Origin: an uncultured Coxiellaceae bacterium
Lineage (GTDB): Bacteria; Pseudomonadota; Gammaproteobacteria; DSM-16500
Reading direction: 5' to 3'
Length of the DNA: 49,875 nt
Assembly: GCA_964427485.1 (NCBI GenBank)
Contig: CAYRUP010000001.1
Span: 1-49,875, forward strand
How positions within the stretch are numbered: the first letter of the stretch is position 1; every line of letters starts with the position of its first letter. This document shows, one piece after another, positions 27,128 through 36,560 of the stretch. Below the pieces are notes generated by a model. It did no database searches, was not told the origin of the DNA, and saw nothing but the letters and a program-made list of their open reading frames with translations. Made by a program: the position numbers and the translations under genes.

Positions 27128-28021
27128 ATGAATGATAAAGACATATTACAACGCTTCATCTTTGAAAATGCTTCTGTGCGTGGTGAAATAGTGCGTCTCG
27201 AAGAAAGTTATCAAACGATCATGAATCAGCATAAATACCCGCCCGTCATTCAACATATTTTAGGTGAAATGCTCATTGTGGCTTGTCTTTTGAGTGCAAG
27301 CATTAAATTTAAGGGACGTGTGACTGTACAGTTTCAAGGAAAAGGGGGGTTGAAATTGTTAGTTGCGCAGTCAAATCATAATTTAGAATTGCGTGGTCTT
27401 GCGGAATGGCAGGGTGATTTTGCTCCGGAAGAATTGTTGGCTCAGCTTAAACAAGGTGTATTGGCAGTGACGATGGATCCTGAAACAGAGGGCAGTAATC
27501 GCTACCAAGGCATTGTTCCCTGGCAGGGTGATTCACTTGCTCAATCGATTGAAGGCTATTTTAGTCATTCAGAACAAGTGCCTACTCGCATCTGGTTGGC
27601 AGTGGACCAAAACCGTGCTGCTGGATTTCTTATTCAAGTGATGCCACGCGAATCAAACCGTAAAGGACAAAGTGAAGAACATGAATCTGCTTGGGAACAT
27701 ATTTCCCATCTTAGCGCGACGTTGACTGCGCGAGAACTTTTGCAACTCGATAATCAAGTTTTGTTGAAACGACTTTATGTAGAAGAAGATGTACGTATAT
27801 TTGCACCGTCACCGGTCTCTTTTCGTTGTACTTGTTCAGTGAAACGCAGTGAAAATGCCTTACGCATGTTGGGTGAAGCAGAAGTTTTAGAAGAATTAAA
27901 TGAAAAACAGCAGATCATTGTGATTTGTGAATTTTGCAATAAAGAATTTCTTTTTGACCGAGTTGATGTCGCTCGAATTTTTAAACAGGGCGATGCAGAT
28001 TTATCAACGAAATTACATTAG
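27128..28021 (+). CDS. hslO: redox-regulated chaperone Hsp33
   Basis: Alignable by eye to Hsp33 along its whole length (LQRFIFENASVRGEIVRL, SEQVPTRIWL). The C-terminal zinc switch CTCS ... CEFC is present. Confidence 0.93.
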   Translation: MNDKDILQRFIFENASVRGEIVRLEESYQTIMNQHKYPPVIQHILGEMLIVACLLSASIKFKGRVTVQFQGKGGLKLLVAQSNHNLELRGLAEWQGDFAPEELLAQLKQGVLAVTMDPETEGSNRYQGIVPWQGDSLAQSIEGYFSHSEQVPTRIWLAVDQNRAAGFLIQVMPRESNRKGQSEEHESAWEHISHLSATLTARELLQLDNQVLLKRLYVEEDVRIFAPSPVSFRCTCSVKRSENALRMLGEAEVLEELNEKQQIIVICEFCNKEFLFDRVDVARIFKQGDADLSTKLH

Positions 28022-28028
28022 GATTCCT

Positions 28029-29093
28029 ATGAGAGTACGTAAAAAATGGCTTGTTTGCAGTCTCATTACGCTTGTATTGATAATCGGGATCCGTGCGCTT
28101 ATCAAATATCATCAAAGTAATGTCCCGATGGCGCAGGAAAGAGTGGTGGTCGATGCCGAACAAGTGAAAGCAGGAAGTATTCCCATTGAGGCGCATGTTA
28201 TTGGAACGCTGGTCGCAGCCAATAATACGGAAATTACGCCAGAAATCGCAGGTCATGTCGCCAAAATTTTTTTTCAAGATGGCGGCGTGATTGTGAAGCA
28301 AGGTACCAAGCTAGTTCAACTTGATGATGCAGCCTATAAAGCAAAATTAACTTCAGACAAAGCAAATTTGATTTACAGTGAAACCGACTATAAACGCAAA
28401 GTTTTACTTGGCAAACAAGGCGCTATTTCACAACAGGCAATTGATCAAGCACTCGCTGATTTAAAAACGAAAGAAGCGGCGGTTGAAGAAAGCGAAGTGG
28501 ATGTGAGTAAAATGCTTTTAACAGCACCTTTTGATGGAGTGTTGGGGAAATTTAATATTAGCCCGGGGGATTATGTGACAGTGGGCCAAAAAATTGTTTC
28601 ACTCACGGATATTCAGCATTTACATGTCGAATATTCTGTGTCTGAAAAATATTTAGCACAATTAAAACCCGGCCAAACAATTAAAATTACCACCAGTTCC
28701 TATCCAAATAAAGAATTTACGGGAGTCGTGAAATTTATTTCGCCTACGATCAATAATGAAGATCGTACTATTTCACTTTATGCAGAACTTTCTAATGAAG
28801 AACATCTATTAACATCGGGTATGTTTGTCAATGTCATCCAAGAATTAGGTTCAGAGAATAATGTCATGATTATTCCTGCCAATAGTTTGGTGCCGACGAT
28901 AGATGGTCAGCAAGTTTATAAAATTGTCGACAACAAAGTGATGGCTGTCTCCGTGAATATTGGTCAACGCATTCAAAATGCCGTGCAAATTACATCAGGA
29001 CTCGCACTCGGTGACAAAGTTGTTACGGCAGGTCAGCAAAAATTAAAAGATGGGATGGCTGTTCAAGTTAATTTGTCTAAAATGACGGTTTAA
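28029..29093 (+). CDS. RND efflux periplasmic adaptor (membrane fusion protein)
   Basis: N-terminal signal anchor, a coiled-coil hairpin and the lipoyl/beta-barrel motif LTAPFDGVLG, with an RND permease downstream. Start at ATG 28029 (MRVRKKWLV). The upstream part of track ORF 27927 lies inside hslO. Confidence 0.88.
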   Translation: MRVRKKWLVCSLITLVLIIGIRALIKYHQSNVPMAQERVVVDAEQVKAGSIPIEAHVIGTLVAANNTEITPEIAGHVAKIFFQDGGVIVKQGTKLVQLDDAAYKAKLTSDKANLIYSETDYKRKVLLGKQGAISQQAIDQALADLKTKEAAVEESEVDVSKMLLTAPFDGVLGKFNISPGDYVTVGQKIVSLTDIQHLHVEYSVSEKYLAQLKPGQTIKITTSSYPNKEFTGVVKFISPTINNEDRTISLYAELSNEEHLLTSGMFVNVIQELGSENNVMIIPANSLVPTIDGQQVYKIVDNKVMAVSVNIGQRIQNAVQITSGLALGDKVVTAGQQKLKDGMAVQVNLSKMTV

Positions 29094-29111
29094 CGTCAGT
29101 GTTAAGGACAC

Positions 29112-29190
29112 TGTCATCCTGAGAGCGTTTTTTTGCTCGAAGGATCACTCGGGGTATATTGAGTGATCCTTCGTTTCACTCAGGATGACA
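29112..29190. repeat. R3 palindromic repeat, diverged full copy
   Basis: TGTCATCCTGAG...GAAGGATCACTC / GAGTGATCCTTC...CTCAGGATGACA. The termini are the same as in the copies at 37584 and 44634. It lies between the adaptor stop and the next ORF. Confidence 0.8.
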
Positions 29191-29224
29191 AAATGTAATT
29201 ACAATATGATCTATGAGGAATAGG

Positions 29225-29872
29225 ATGAAAATACAATCCGTGATATTTGGTGGGGCGGCGCTAGGTGGGACAGTGGGTGTATTTTGCGACATGATACATG
29301 CAGTTATATTGCCACAATATTATTTTACAACCTATATCAATGATCACATAGGTGAATATCCAGGTTGTAGCAAAAAAATTGTGTATTTAAATGATGAATA
29401 TAAAAACGTGGTTGTTTGTGAACAGGCAGATGTAGGTAATGCATTTTACAATGCAACGAAGAGTTATGCAGACTCTCAAACAGAAGCAGATCTCAATTCA
29501 ATGACTTTTTTAAAATTTAGTTTCGGAGGATTTATTCTAGGCGGGCTCGTTGGTTATTATTGTGCAGATCCCGCAGAAAATCAAATCCAACCCGTACACA
29601 TCCATCCAATACAAGTTCAACCTGTTATGGTCGTAAACATAGCAGCTGTACCGGACGTATACCCACCTAACTCACCCACCCATCCTCCTGCGCCACAGGC
29701 TGACGAGGATGATGATCTGGTTATAGGCCCAAATATCGAGTCAAATTATTCTCCAATGTTCTTTAAATCGGAGCAACCGTTAGCTAATTGTGGAAATAAA
29801 GAAGCGAGATTAGGAGAAGGGGAATCTTTATTACCAAGAAAAGGAATTTCCTACGGATCGGTAAACACTTAA
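29225..29872 (+). CDS. hypothetical membrane protein inserted between RND adaptor and permease genes (orphan)
   Basis: ORF 29213-29872. ATG 29225 lies 5 nt after GAGGA. Two Gly-rich hydrophobic segments (VIFGGAALGGTVGVF, FSFGGFILGGLVGYY) and a Pro/Gln-rich tail (IQPVHIHPIQVQP...NSPTHPPAPQADEDDD). It ends 13 nt before the RND permease start. Confidence 0.55.
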   Translation: MKIQSVIFGGAALGGTVGVFCDMIHAVILPQYYFTTYINDHIGEYPGCSKKIVYLNDEYKNVVVCEQADVGNAFYNATKSYADSQTEADLNSMTFLKFSFGGFILGGLVGYYCADPAENQIQPVHIHPIQVQPVMVVNIAAVPDVYPPNSPTHPPAPQADEDDDLVIGPNIESNYSPMFFKSEQPLANCGNKEARLGEGESLLPRKGISYGSVNT

Positions 29873-29885
29873 CTAGGTATATATA

Positions 29886-32800
29886 ATGGGATTTACAGAA
29901 TTTTTCATTCGCCGACCGGCTTTTACCATTGTGATCAGTTTGGTTTTGGCGATCGTTGGAATAATCAGTTATTCTCATCTCGCCGTGCGCTGGGTTCCGA
30001 ATATTAATCCACCGTTTGTTTCCATTCATACCGAATATCCTGGCGCGAGTGCGAATTTAATCGAATCACAAATCACCACACCAATTGAAAATGCACTCGC
30101 GGGTGTGGATGGAATTGAAACTTTATCTTCAAATAGCAAACAAGACGCGAGTAACGTCAATATTCAATTCAAATTAGGGCATAACATTAATGCTGCGGTA
30201 GAAGATGTGCGCAGCGCATTACAACATATTTCAAGTTCTCTGCCGAAAAATGCAAAAGTGCCTGAAATTGAAAAAGCAGATCCTAATGCGACTCCCATTC
30301 TCTTCATTGCATTTTCGGATTCCAACCGTTCGGCAGAAGAAGTGAGTGATTATGTCAAACAATTTATTTTGCCAAATTTCCAATCCGTTGACGGTGTGGC
30401 AACGGTGTTGACTTATGGCGAAAGAACGTCGGCCATGCGCATTTGGTTGGATCCAATGAAAATGGCTGCGTTTAATGTCACAGTCGATGATGTGGATCGC
30501 GTGCTATCACAACAAAATGTGGAAGTACCGAGTGGAAAAATTCGTGGCGCAACGCGATTTTATAGTGTCGTGACCAATGAAACATTAAAGACCGCGAGTG
30601 AATTTAACGATTTAATTATTCGCGATAATCAAAATCAAATTGTACGCTTAAAAGATATCGGCCAAGCTGTCGTCGATGCAGAAAATACCGATACTATTTT
30701 TCGTTTGAATGGGCAATCTGCCGTCGCACTCGCCATTATTCCACAATCCACAGCAAATCCATTAGATGTTGCAAACGATGTGCAAAAAGAATTTAACTTG
30801 ATCACCAAAACATTACCGCAAGGAATGCAAGGCAATGTTGCTTTTAATCAAGCGAAATTTATTCAAGCCTCGATTAAGCATGTGTATGAATCTTTATTTG
30901 AAGCAATCACACTCGTTTTAATTGTCATCTATTTATTTCTGGCAAGCTGGCGTGCTGCCATTATTCCAATTGTCACTATTCCAGTTTGTTTGATCGGTAC
31001 GTTTGCTGTGATGTATTTGCTAGGGATTAGCATCAATACGATCACGTTGATGGCTTTTGTGTTGGCGATTGGTTTAGTTGTCGATGATGCGATTGTGATG
31101 CTGGAAAATATTAATCGTTATGTGGAATCAGGGATGCAACCGTTTGCAGCCGCGATTAAAGGCAGCCGTGAAATTGTTTTTCCTATCATCGCGATGACGA
31201 TCACATTAGCGGCAGTCTATGCACCCATTGCATTTACCTCAGGTATGTTAGGCGCAGTATTTTGGGAATTTGCCATCACACTCGCCGGTGCTGTGATCAT
31301 TTCTGGTATCGTTGCATTAACGCTTTCGCCCATGATGTCCGCGCGTTTATTAGAGCAAAATCACCCGAGTGAATATAGTCAATGGCTGCGCGTGCGTTTT
31401 CAATTATTGCAAGAAAAATATCAAGCTTTATTAACTTTAATGTTAACAAAAAAATTGGCTATTCTGATTTTGTTATGTTGTGTTGGTGCAGTCGGATTTA
31501 TTATTTATCGCACATTGCCTTCCGAAGTTTCACCCATGGAAGATATGAGTGAAGTGGAAGCCTATATTTCCGCGCCGCGTGATGCCAGTTTTGCGTATAC
31601 GGATTCTTACATGCGTCAGTTGGAAGAAATTAATAAAAAAATTCCTGAGGTTGAGTCTTTCATTTCGCAAGCGGGGTTTTGGTCACCTTCAAAAGGAATG
31701 CAATTTATTAATTTAGTTCCCGAGGACAAACGTACGCACACGGAAATGCAAATCGTCCAAGCACTTGATTCGCAAGTGAGTAAAATTGCGGGTGTTAAAG
31801 TCAATATTTCACCGGCGACATCCCCTTTGATGTGGTTTTCAGATGATGATGGTTCGACTGTTTCGATGCGTATCATGACTTCAATGGATTATAAAAATTT
31901 GCAAGCACTCATGCAGCGTGTAATCAAAGCCGCACAAAAATATCCGGGTTTTACGCGCGTAGACAGTAGTTTGAAATGGGATGGTTCGCAATTTGAGATT
32001 AACGTTAATCGTGAGAAAGCGTCTGATATAAAAGTGCCAATGCAAGATATCACCAATACGATTTCCACTTTTTTAGCGGGACATAATACTGGGCATTTCG
32101 AATATGATGGAAATTTATATGATATTATTGTGCAAATGAATATGGCGTCATTAGCAAACCCCAATATTGTTTCCGAACTTTATGTCCGTAATCTTAATAA
32201 TAAAATGGTTCCTTTATCCGATTTGGTGACAGTCACTGAGACGACAAATCCAGAATCATTGCCTCACTATGATCGACTGCGCGCGGATAGCTTGCATGCC
32301 AGTTTGAAACCCGGTTATACCATTGCCAATGCAGTTGCAGCACTCCAAAATATTGCGCGTGAAGTATTGCCAGACAATGCTAAATATACATTTGAAGGTG
32401 AGGCACAAACGTATTTGGATTCCAGTGGTAAAATGAATACGACATTTTTGTTGGCGTTAATTTTTATTTATCTTGTGTTAGTCGCGCAATTTGAAAGTTT
32501 TATTGATCCGTTTATTATTTTGCTCACTGTGCCTTTTGCGGTTATTGGTGCTTTACTGACATTAAAACTGGCGGGAGGAAGTTTAAATATATATAGTGAC
32601 ATTGCGCTGGTGACTTTAATTGGTTTAATCGCAAAGCATGGGATTTTGATTACAGAATTTGCGAACCAAGAACGCGCGAGAGGGAAATCCATTGAAGATG
32701 CGGTGATTTATGCAGCTAAATTGCGTTTACGGCCGATTCTCATGACAACAGCTGCCATGGTGTTAGGGGCTTTTCCTCTGGCGTTTGCAAATGGTCCTGG

Positions 32801-32951
32801 TGCGGAAACACGTCATCAAATTGGTTGGGTCGTGGTGGGCGGATTATTGTTGGGGACATTTTTCTCCCTGATTGTTGTGCCAGTCGCGTATACTTATTTG
32901 GCGAAATTTAAAAATGTCGATAGTGCAGTATTAGCAAATCAAGAAACTTAG
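29886..32951 (+). CDS. RND family efflux transporter permease (AcrB/MdtB-type)
   Basis: 1021 aa. N-terminus MGFTEFFIRRPAFTIVISLVLAIVG. Two large periplasmic loops and 12 TM segments with the typical repeat structure (VVDDAIVMLENI, ITEFANQ). Confidence 0.93.
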   Translation: MGFTEFFIRRPAFTIVISLVLAIVGIISYSHLAVRWVPNINPPFVSIHTEYPGASANLIESQITTPIENALAGVDGIETLSSNSKQDASNVNIQFKLGHNINAAVEDVRSALQHISSSLPKNAKVPEIEKADPNATPILFIAFSDSNRSAEEVSDYVKQFILPNFQSVDGVATVLTYGERTSAMRIWLDPMKMAAFNVTVDDVDRVLSQQNVEVPSGKIRGATRFYSVVTNETLKTASEFNDLIIRDNQNQIVRLKDIGQAVVDAENTDTIFRLNGQSAVALAIIPQSTANPLDVANDVQKEFNLITKTLPQGMQGNVAFNQAKFIQASIKHVYESLFEAITLVLIVIYLFLASWRAAIIPIVTIPVCLIGTFAVMYLLGISINTITLMAFVLAIGLVVDDAIVMLENINRYVESGMQPFAAAIKGSREIVFPIIAMTITLAAVYAPIAFTSGMLGAVFWEFAITLAGAVIISGIVALTLSPMMSARLLEQNHPSEYSQWLRVRFQLLQEKYQALLTLMLTKKLAILILLCCVGAVGFIIYRTLPSEVSPMEDMSEVEAYISAPRDASFAYTDSYMRQLEEINKKIPEVESFISQAGFWSPSKGMQFINLVPEDKRTHTEMQIVQALDSQVSKIAGVKVNISPATSPLMWFSDDDGSTVSMRIMTSMDYKNLQALMQRVIKAAQKYPGFTRVDSSLKWDGSQFEINVNREKASDIKVPMQDITNTISTFLAGHNTGHFEYDGNLYDIIVQMNMASLANPNIVSELYVRNLNNKMVPLSDLVTVTETTNPESLPHYDRLRADSLHASLKPGYTIANAVAALQNIAREVLPDNAKYTFEGEAQTYLDSSGKMNTTFLLALIFIYLVLVAQFESFIDPFIILLTVPFAVIGALLTLKLAGGSLNIYSDIALVTLIGLIAKHGILITEFANQERARGKSIEDAVIYAAKLRLRPILMTTAAMVLGAFPLAFANGPGAETRHQIGWVVVGGLLLGTFFSLIVVPVAYTYLAKFKNVDSAVLANQET

Positions 32952-32963
32952 GACTTAGAAAAT

Positions 32964-33521
32964 ATGCTGAATTTATTTTATGATTTTGTTCCCGTTTTAT
33001 TATTTTTCTTTGCATTCAAATTGAAAGGAATTTATGTCGCGACCGTGGTTGGCATTGTTGCGACAGCCATACAAGTTTTGCTGACTCTCCTTTGGAAGAG
33101 AAAGTTTGATAAAAAGCAATTAATTACTCTAGCGGTATTTATTATTTTTGGCGGCATGACGCTTTATTTTCATAATCCCATTTTTGTCAAATGGAAACCG
33201 AGCGTGATATTTTGGGTATTTGGTTTAGTGTTTTTATTGAGTCAAGTTATCGGTAAAAAACCACTGATTCAGCGCATGATGGAAGGAATGTTAGAAGAAA
33301 ATAATAATAAAATGCCAGATCGAGTGTGGAAAAAAATGAATTTGGCATGGGCCATATTTTTTATTTCACTGGGTACACTGAATATTTATATTGCCTATCA
33401 CTACAGCACGGATACTTGGGTCAACTTTAAATTTTATGGAATCTTAGGTTTATTGTTTATTTTTAGTTTTTTACAAGCGTTGTGTTTAGCGCGTTATTTG
33501 TCGACTGAAGTGAAACAATAA
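32964..33521 (+). CDS. yciB: intracellular septation protein A (YciB/IspZ)
   Basis: 185 aa with five TM helices. N-terminus MLNLFYDFVPVLLFFFAFK is typical of YciB. Confidence 0.9.
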   Translation: MLNLFYDFVPVLLFFFAFKLKGIYVATVVGIVATAIQVLLTLLWKRKFDKKQLITLAVFIIFGGMTLYFHNPIFVKWKPSVIFWVFGLVFLLSQVIGKKPLIQRMMEGMLEENNNKMPDRVWKKMNLAWAIFFISLGTLNIYIAYHYSTDTWVNFKFYGILGLLFIFSFLQALCLARYLSTEVKQ

Positions 33522-33778
33522 TGGAATCAACAGAACGGATCGTATTGATCAAACACCGACTGCAACAAGCATTTTCACCGACTGAATTGGATGTTATTGA
33601 TGATAGTGAAAAACATCGCGGTCATGCCGGCAGTCGTGATGGAGCAGGGCATTATACGGTCGTTATCAAAGCGGATTGTTTCAAAGAAAAGTCACGCATT
33701 GAAATACATCGCGAAATTTATCGTGTGTTGAATGATCTTATTCCTCATGAAATTCATGCTTTGTGCATTAAGTTATAG
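33521..33778 (+). CDS. BolA family protein
   Basis: 85 aa with DDSEKHRGHAG ... HYTVVIKADCF ... IHALCIK, the BolA signature. The start overlaps the yciB stop (TAATG). Confidence 0.85.
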   Translation: MESTERIVLIKHRLQQAFSPTELDVIDDSEKHRGHAGSRDGAGHYTVVIKADCFKEKSRIEIHREIYRVLNDLIPHEIHALCIKL

Positions 33779-33797
33779 AGTAGCGGTGCCCCCACGA

Positions 33798-33860
33798 ATT
33801 TTACCAATCAAAATAGTTGCTTAGAAAGCCTTCCTAAGCAACTATTTTGATTGGTAAAAT
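33798..33860. repeat. 27-bp perfect inverted repeat (long hairpin) downstream of the BolA-family gene
   Basis: ATTTTACCAATCAAAATAGTTGCTTAG (33798-33824), a 9-nt loop AAAGCCTTC, then CTAAGCAACTATTTTGATTGGTAAAAT (33834-33860). It is AT-rich and much longer than a normal terminator stem. I saw no second copy in the window. Confidence 0.85.
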
Positions 33861-33948
33861 GCATGGGAACCCCTCAGTGTTTCGCCTCATTAAGATTTCC
33901 TTAACTCTTGCTTGCTAAAATACCAACTTCGGTAAAAAGGTATAATTT

Positions 33949-35442
33949 ATGTCTAGAGCAAGAGAAACAATTCAAGCATCATCAATTGATTTTGATGGTT
34001 GTTATGGTCGACAAGAATTAAAAAAGTCAAAAAAGTCAAACGTAGCAAACAATACACATGTAGCAAACAATACGCATTTGGTGACCGAGATATGCGGTAA
34101 CCGTGGTCGAAAAATATTGATGGTAGGTTCTAATCGACAAGATTACTACGTTAATAAACATAATTCTGAAAAAAATGGCAACGGCTGCTGTTTTTCAGAA
34201 ATGGTAATTTTAGAAAGCTATCTAAAAACACAACAAATTCCAGTTCACTTAGACAAACTCTTATTAGCCGATATCGACAATTACTATCCACTCGGCTTTT
34301 CTTTCGATAGGGCATTACAAGAAGATGCTAAAAAGATTAAGCATCTGGAGTGGGCTCACGCATGGGATAATTCAAAACTAAGGATTCTCTATGCGCAAAT
34401 GCATTATTTGGCATCTGAAAATCCTAATGCAGATATTAACTATGATTTTTATGATGATAGAAAGGAGATGCTTCTCGGTTTAAATAAATTATTTAAGAAA
34501 AATCCTGGATTAAAACCCGGTAATGTAAAATTAAATTTACGTCATTGGGCCGGCGGTGATGATGGTCCAGATTTGATTGGCTCCCATGATTTTTCTGATG
34601 AGACACCTATTGATTATAATTGGCAAAATAATGTTAGGTTTTTAGGAAGTGACGAAAACTGCGAGGGTTATGATACAGAACGGAAAGTTCGTCCCGAAAT
34701 GATTCCCAATTTTTTACAAAAACGTGTCTTAATTGATCCAAAATATAAAAACGAAGTTTGTGAATTTAAGTTTTCTGAAGTTTTTGAATTTAAGTCTTCT
34801 CTTGATAAGCAACTTAAAGATGCAAATCACTCTCGTCACACACAAGAATTTAAAAATGCACTAGACATCTATGTAAACATAAATCCAACGTTATTATCTA
34901 GTGATGAGAGATTTCTATATTTTAAGAAATTAGCGCGGACATTTTTTGATTATGCCAAAGAAAATCCTGCTTTTGTCAAAAAGAATAAGGCACTCTTTTC
35001 CCAATATACTTCAATAGGAGCATTAATACAAAAATTCAAATTTGAGTATTTCTGTGACGTTCAAAAAAAATCGCCTAATGAGGCAAAAAATCTTTTTGCT
35101 AAGATTGAGTTCCGTCTTTTGAGTGCGGTAGATAGGGAAAGATATAGAGATAAAATGCCTAGAATCCATGGAAGTGAGTTTAAAAGTATTATTCAAAAAT
35201 ATAATAATTCACTAGCATGGTGGAGCGCTGGCTTATTCGGTGGTAGCGACGCTATGAAAGAGTTAAAAAAATTAAGTGATAAAGACTACGTGACTATAGA
35301 TCAAATGGAAGAAGCTATTTGCACTGATAAAGAAGGTGGAAGAAGGGTTGCTTTATTGCGTGGCGTGGGTTCAGTGAATGGCAGTAACACAGATGCGATA
35401 ATCCACGAGCTCAGTGGAGCATTTCAGCTGAAACCAACATAA
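33949..35442 (+). CDS. hypothetical protein (orphan, effector-like)
   Basis: 497-aa ORF in a stretch that looks AT-rich by eye. No TM helix or signal peptide. Short tandem repeats lie near the N-terminus (KKS KKS, VANNTH VANNTH). I recognise no domain. Confidence 0.65.
   Translation: MSRARETIQASSIDFDGCYGRQELKKSKKSNVANNTHVANNTHLVTEICGNRGRKILMVGSNRQDYYVNKHNSEKNGNGCCFSEMVILESYLKTQQIPVHLDKLLLADIDNYYPLGFSFDRALQEDAKKIKHLEWAHAWDNSKLRILYAQMHYLASENPNADINYDFYDDRKEMLLGLNKLFKKNPGLKPGNVKLNLRHWAGGDDGPDLIGSHDFSDETPIDYNWQNNVRFLGSDENCEGYDTERKVRPEMIPNFLQKRVLIDPKYKNEVCEFKFSEVFEFKSSLDKQLKDANHSRHTQEFKNALDIYVNINPTLLSSDERFLYFKKLARTFFDYAKENPAFVKKNKALFSQYTSIGALIQKFKFEYFCDVQKKSPNEAKNLFAKIEFRLLSAVDRERYRDKMPRIHGSEFKSIIQKYNNSLAWWSAGLFGGSDAMKELKKLSDKDYVTIDQMEEAICTDKEGGRRVALLRGVGSVNGSNTDAIIHELSGAFQLKPT
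34042..34077 (+). repeat. 18-nt tandem duplication inside the 497-aa ORF
   Basis: GTAGCAAACAATACACAT / GTAGCAAACAATACGCAT (VANNTH x2), preceded by AAAAAGTCA x2 (34021-34038). Confidence 0.85.
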
Positions 35443-35458
35443 ACATTCTCTCACCCAC

Positions 35459-35487
35459 GTCATTCCGCGCTAGAACACGCGGATGAC
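35459..35487. terminator. palindrome overlapping the aroC 3' end, possible bidirectional terminator
   Basis: GTCATTCCGCG (35459-35469) / CGCGGATGAC (35478-35487). It lies within the last ~10 codons of aroC (minus strand) and 17 nt after the stop of the convergent 497-aa gene. Confidence 0.35.
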
Positions 35488-36560
35488 ACTGATTTTCTCC
35501 CCACAAAATTCTGTGCGCGATCCCGCAACACATGATCCATTAATACCAAAGCGACCATCGCTTCCGCAATCGGCGTTGCACGTATTCCAACACAAGGATC
35601 ATGTCGTCCCATCACAGAAAGTGTCGTTGCTTCATTATAAATATTTATCGTCTCAATAGGCGTTGTAATACTCGAAGTGGGTTTCATGGCAATGCTAGTC
35701 ATAATAGTTTGCCCAGTGGAAATGCCACCTAAGATACCGCCCGCTTCATTTGATAAAAATCCTGTGGGAGTCATCGCATCGCGATGTTTTGATCCTCTTT
35801 GCGTAACTGCAGAAAATCCCGCGCCCACTTCAACGCCTTTTACGGCAGGAATACTCATCAGTGCATGCGCAAGATCTGCATCCAAACGATCAAACACTGG
35901 TTCACCCAAACCCACAGGAACACCTTCAGCAAGTATATTGATACGTGCACCGATGGAATCACCTTGTCTGCGTAATTCAGTGATAAAATTTTCCAGCTCA
36001 ACGACTTTATTTGGATCAGGACAAAAAAACGGATTGTTAGTTGTTTCTGCTAAATCGATTTTATCCATGCTAATGGGACCGAGTGCAGCAAGATAACCTT
36101 GAATGCGAATGCCATAATTTTCGCGCAAATATTTTTTTGCAACAGCACCTGCGGCAACACGCATGACCGTTTCGCGTGCGGATGCTCGACCTCCACCGAG
36201 ATGATCACGCAAACCATATTTTTTTTGATAAGTAAAATCAGCATGCCCCGGACGAAATTCATTTTTGAGTTCTGCATAATCACTCGCACGTTGATTGGTG
36301 TTTTCAACCAGTAAACCAATTGGCGTGCCAGTCGTCAAACCTTCAAAAACGCCGGAAACAATTTTTACTTCATCTTTTTCATGACGCTGTGAGGTATGTT
36401 TTGATAGGCCAGGGCGTCTGCGTTCAAGTTCTTTTTGAATATCATCAACTGATAAAGCAAGTCCCGGTGGACAACCATCAATGACACAACCGTATAATGG
36501 ACCATGACTTTCGCCGAAAGTGGTGACAACAAATAATTTTCCAATGCTGTTACCCGACAT
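35460..36560 (-). CDS. aroC: chorismate synthase
   Basis: [21 protein letters not shown]-terminus and [11 protein letters not shown]. Start at ATG 36560. The track start 36596 adds 12 residues inside prmB. Confidence 0.95.
   Translation of the reverse strand: MSGNSIGKLFVVTTFGESHGPLYGCVIDGCPPGLALSVDDIQKELERRRPGLSKHTSQRHEKDEVKIVSGVFEGLTTGTPIGLLVENTNQRASDYAELKNEFRPGHADFTYQKKYGLRDHLGGGRASARETVMRVAAGAVAKKYLRENYGIRIQGYLAALGPISMDKIDLAETTNNPFFCPDPNKVVELENFITELRRQGDSIGARINILAEGVPVGLGEPVFDRLDADLAHALMSIPAVKGVEVGAGFSAVTQRGSKHRDAMTPTGFLSNEAGGILGGISTGQTIMTSIAMKPTSSITTPIETINIYNEATTLSVMGRHDPCVGIRATPIAEAMVALVLMDHVLRDRAQNFVGRKSVSSACSSAE

Noticed and set aside
33941-33946. Perfect TATAAT 2 nt upstream of the 497-aa ORF start as its -10 box
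   Set aside because: It is too close to the ATG to serve that gene unless the mRNA is leaderless, and an AAAGG SD-like sequence overlaps the region. In AT-rich DNA such hexamers occur by chance.
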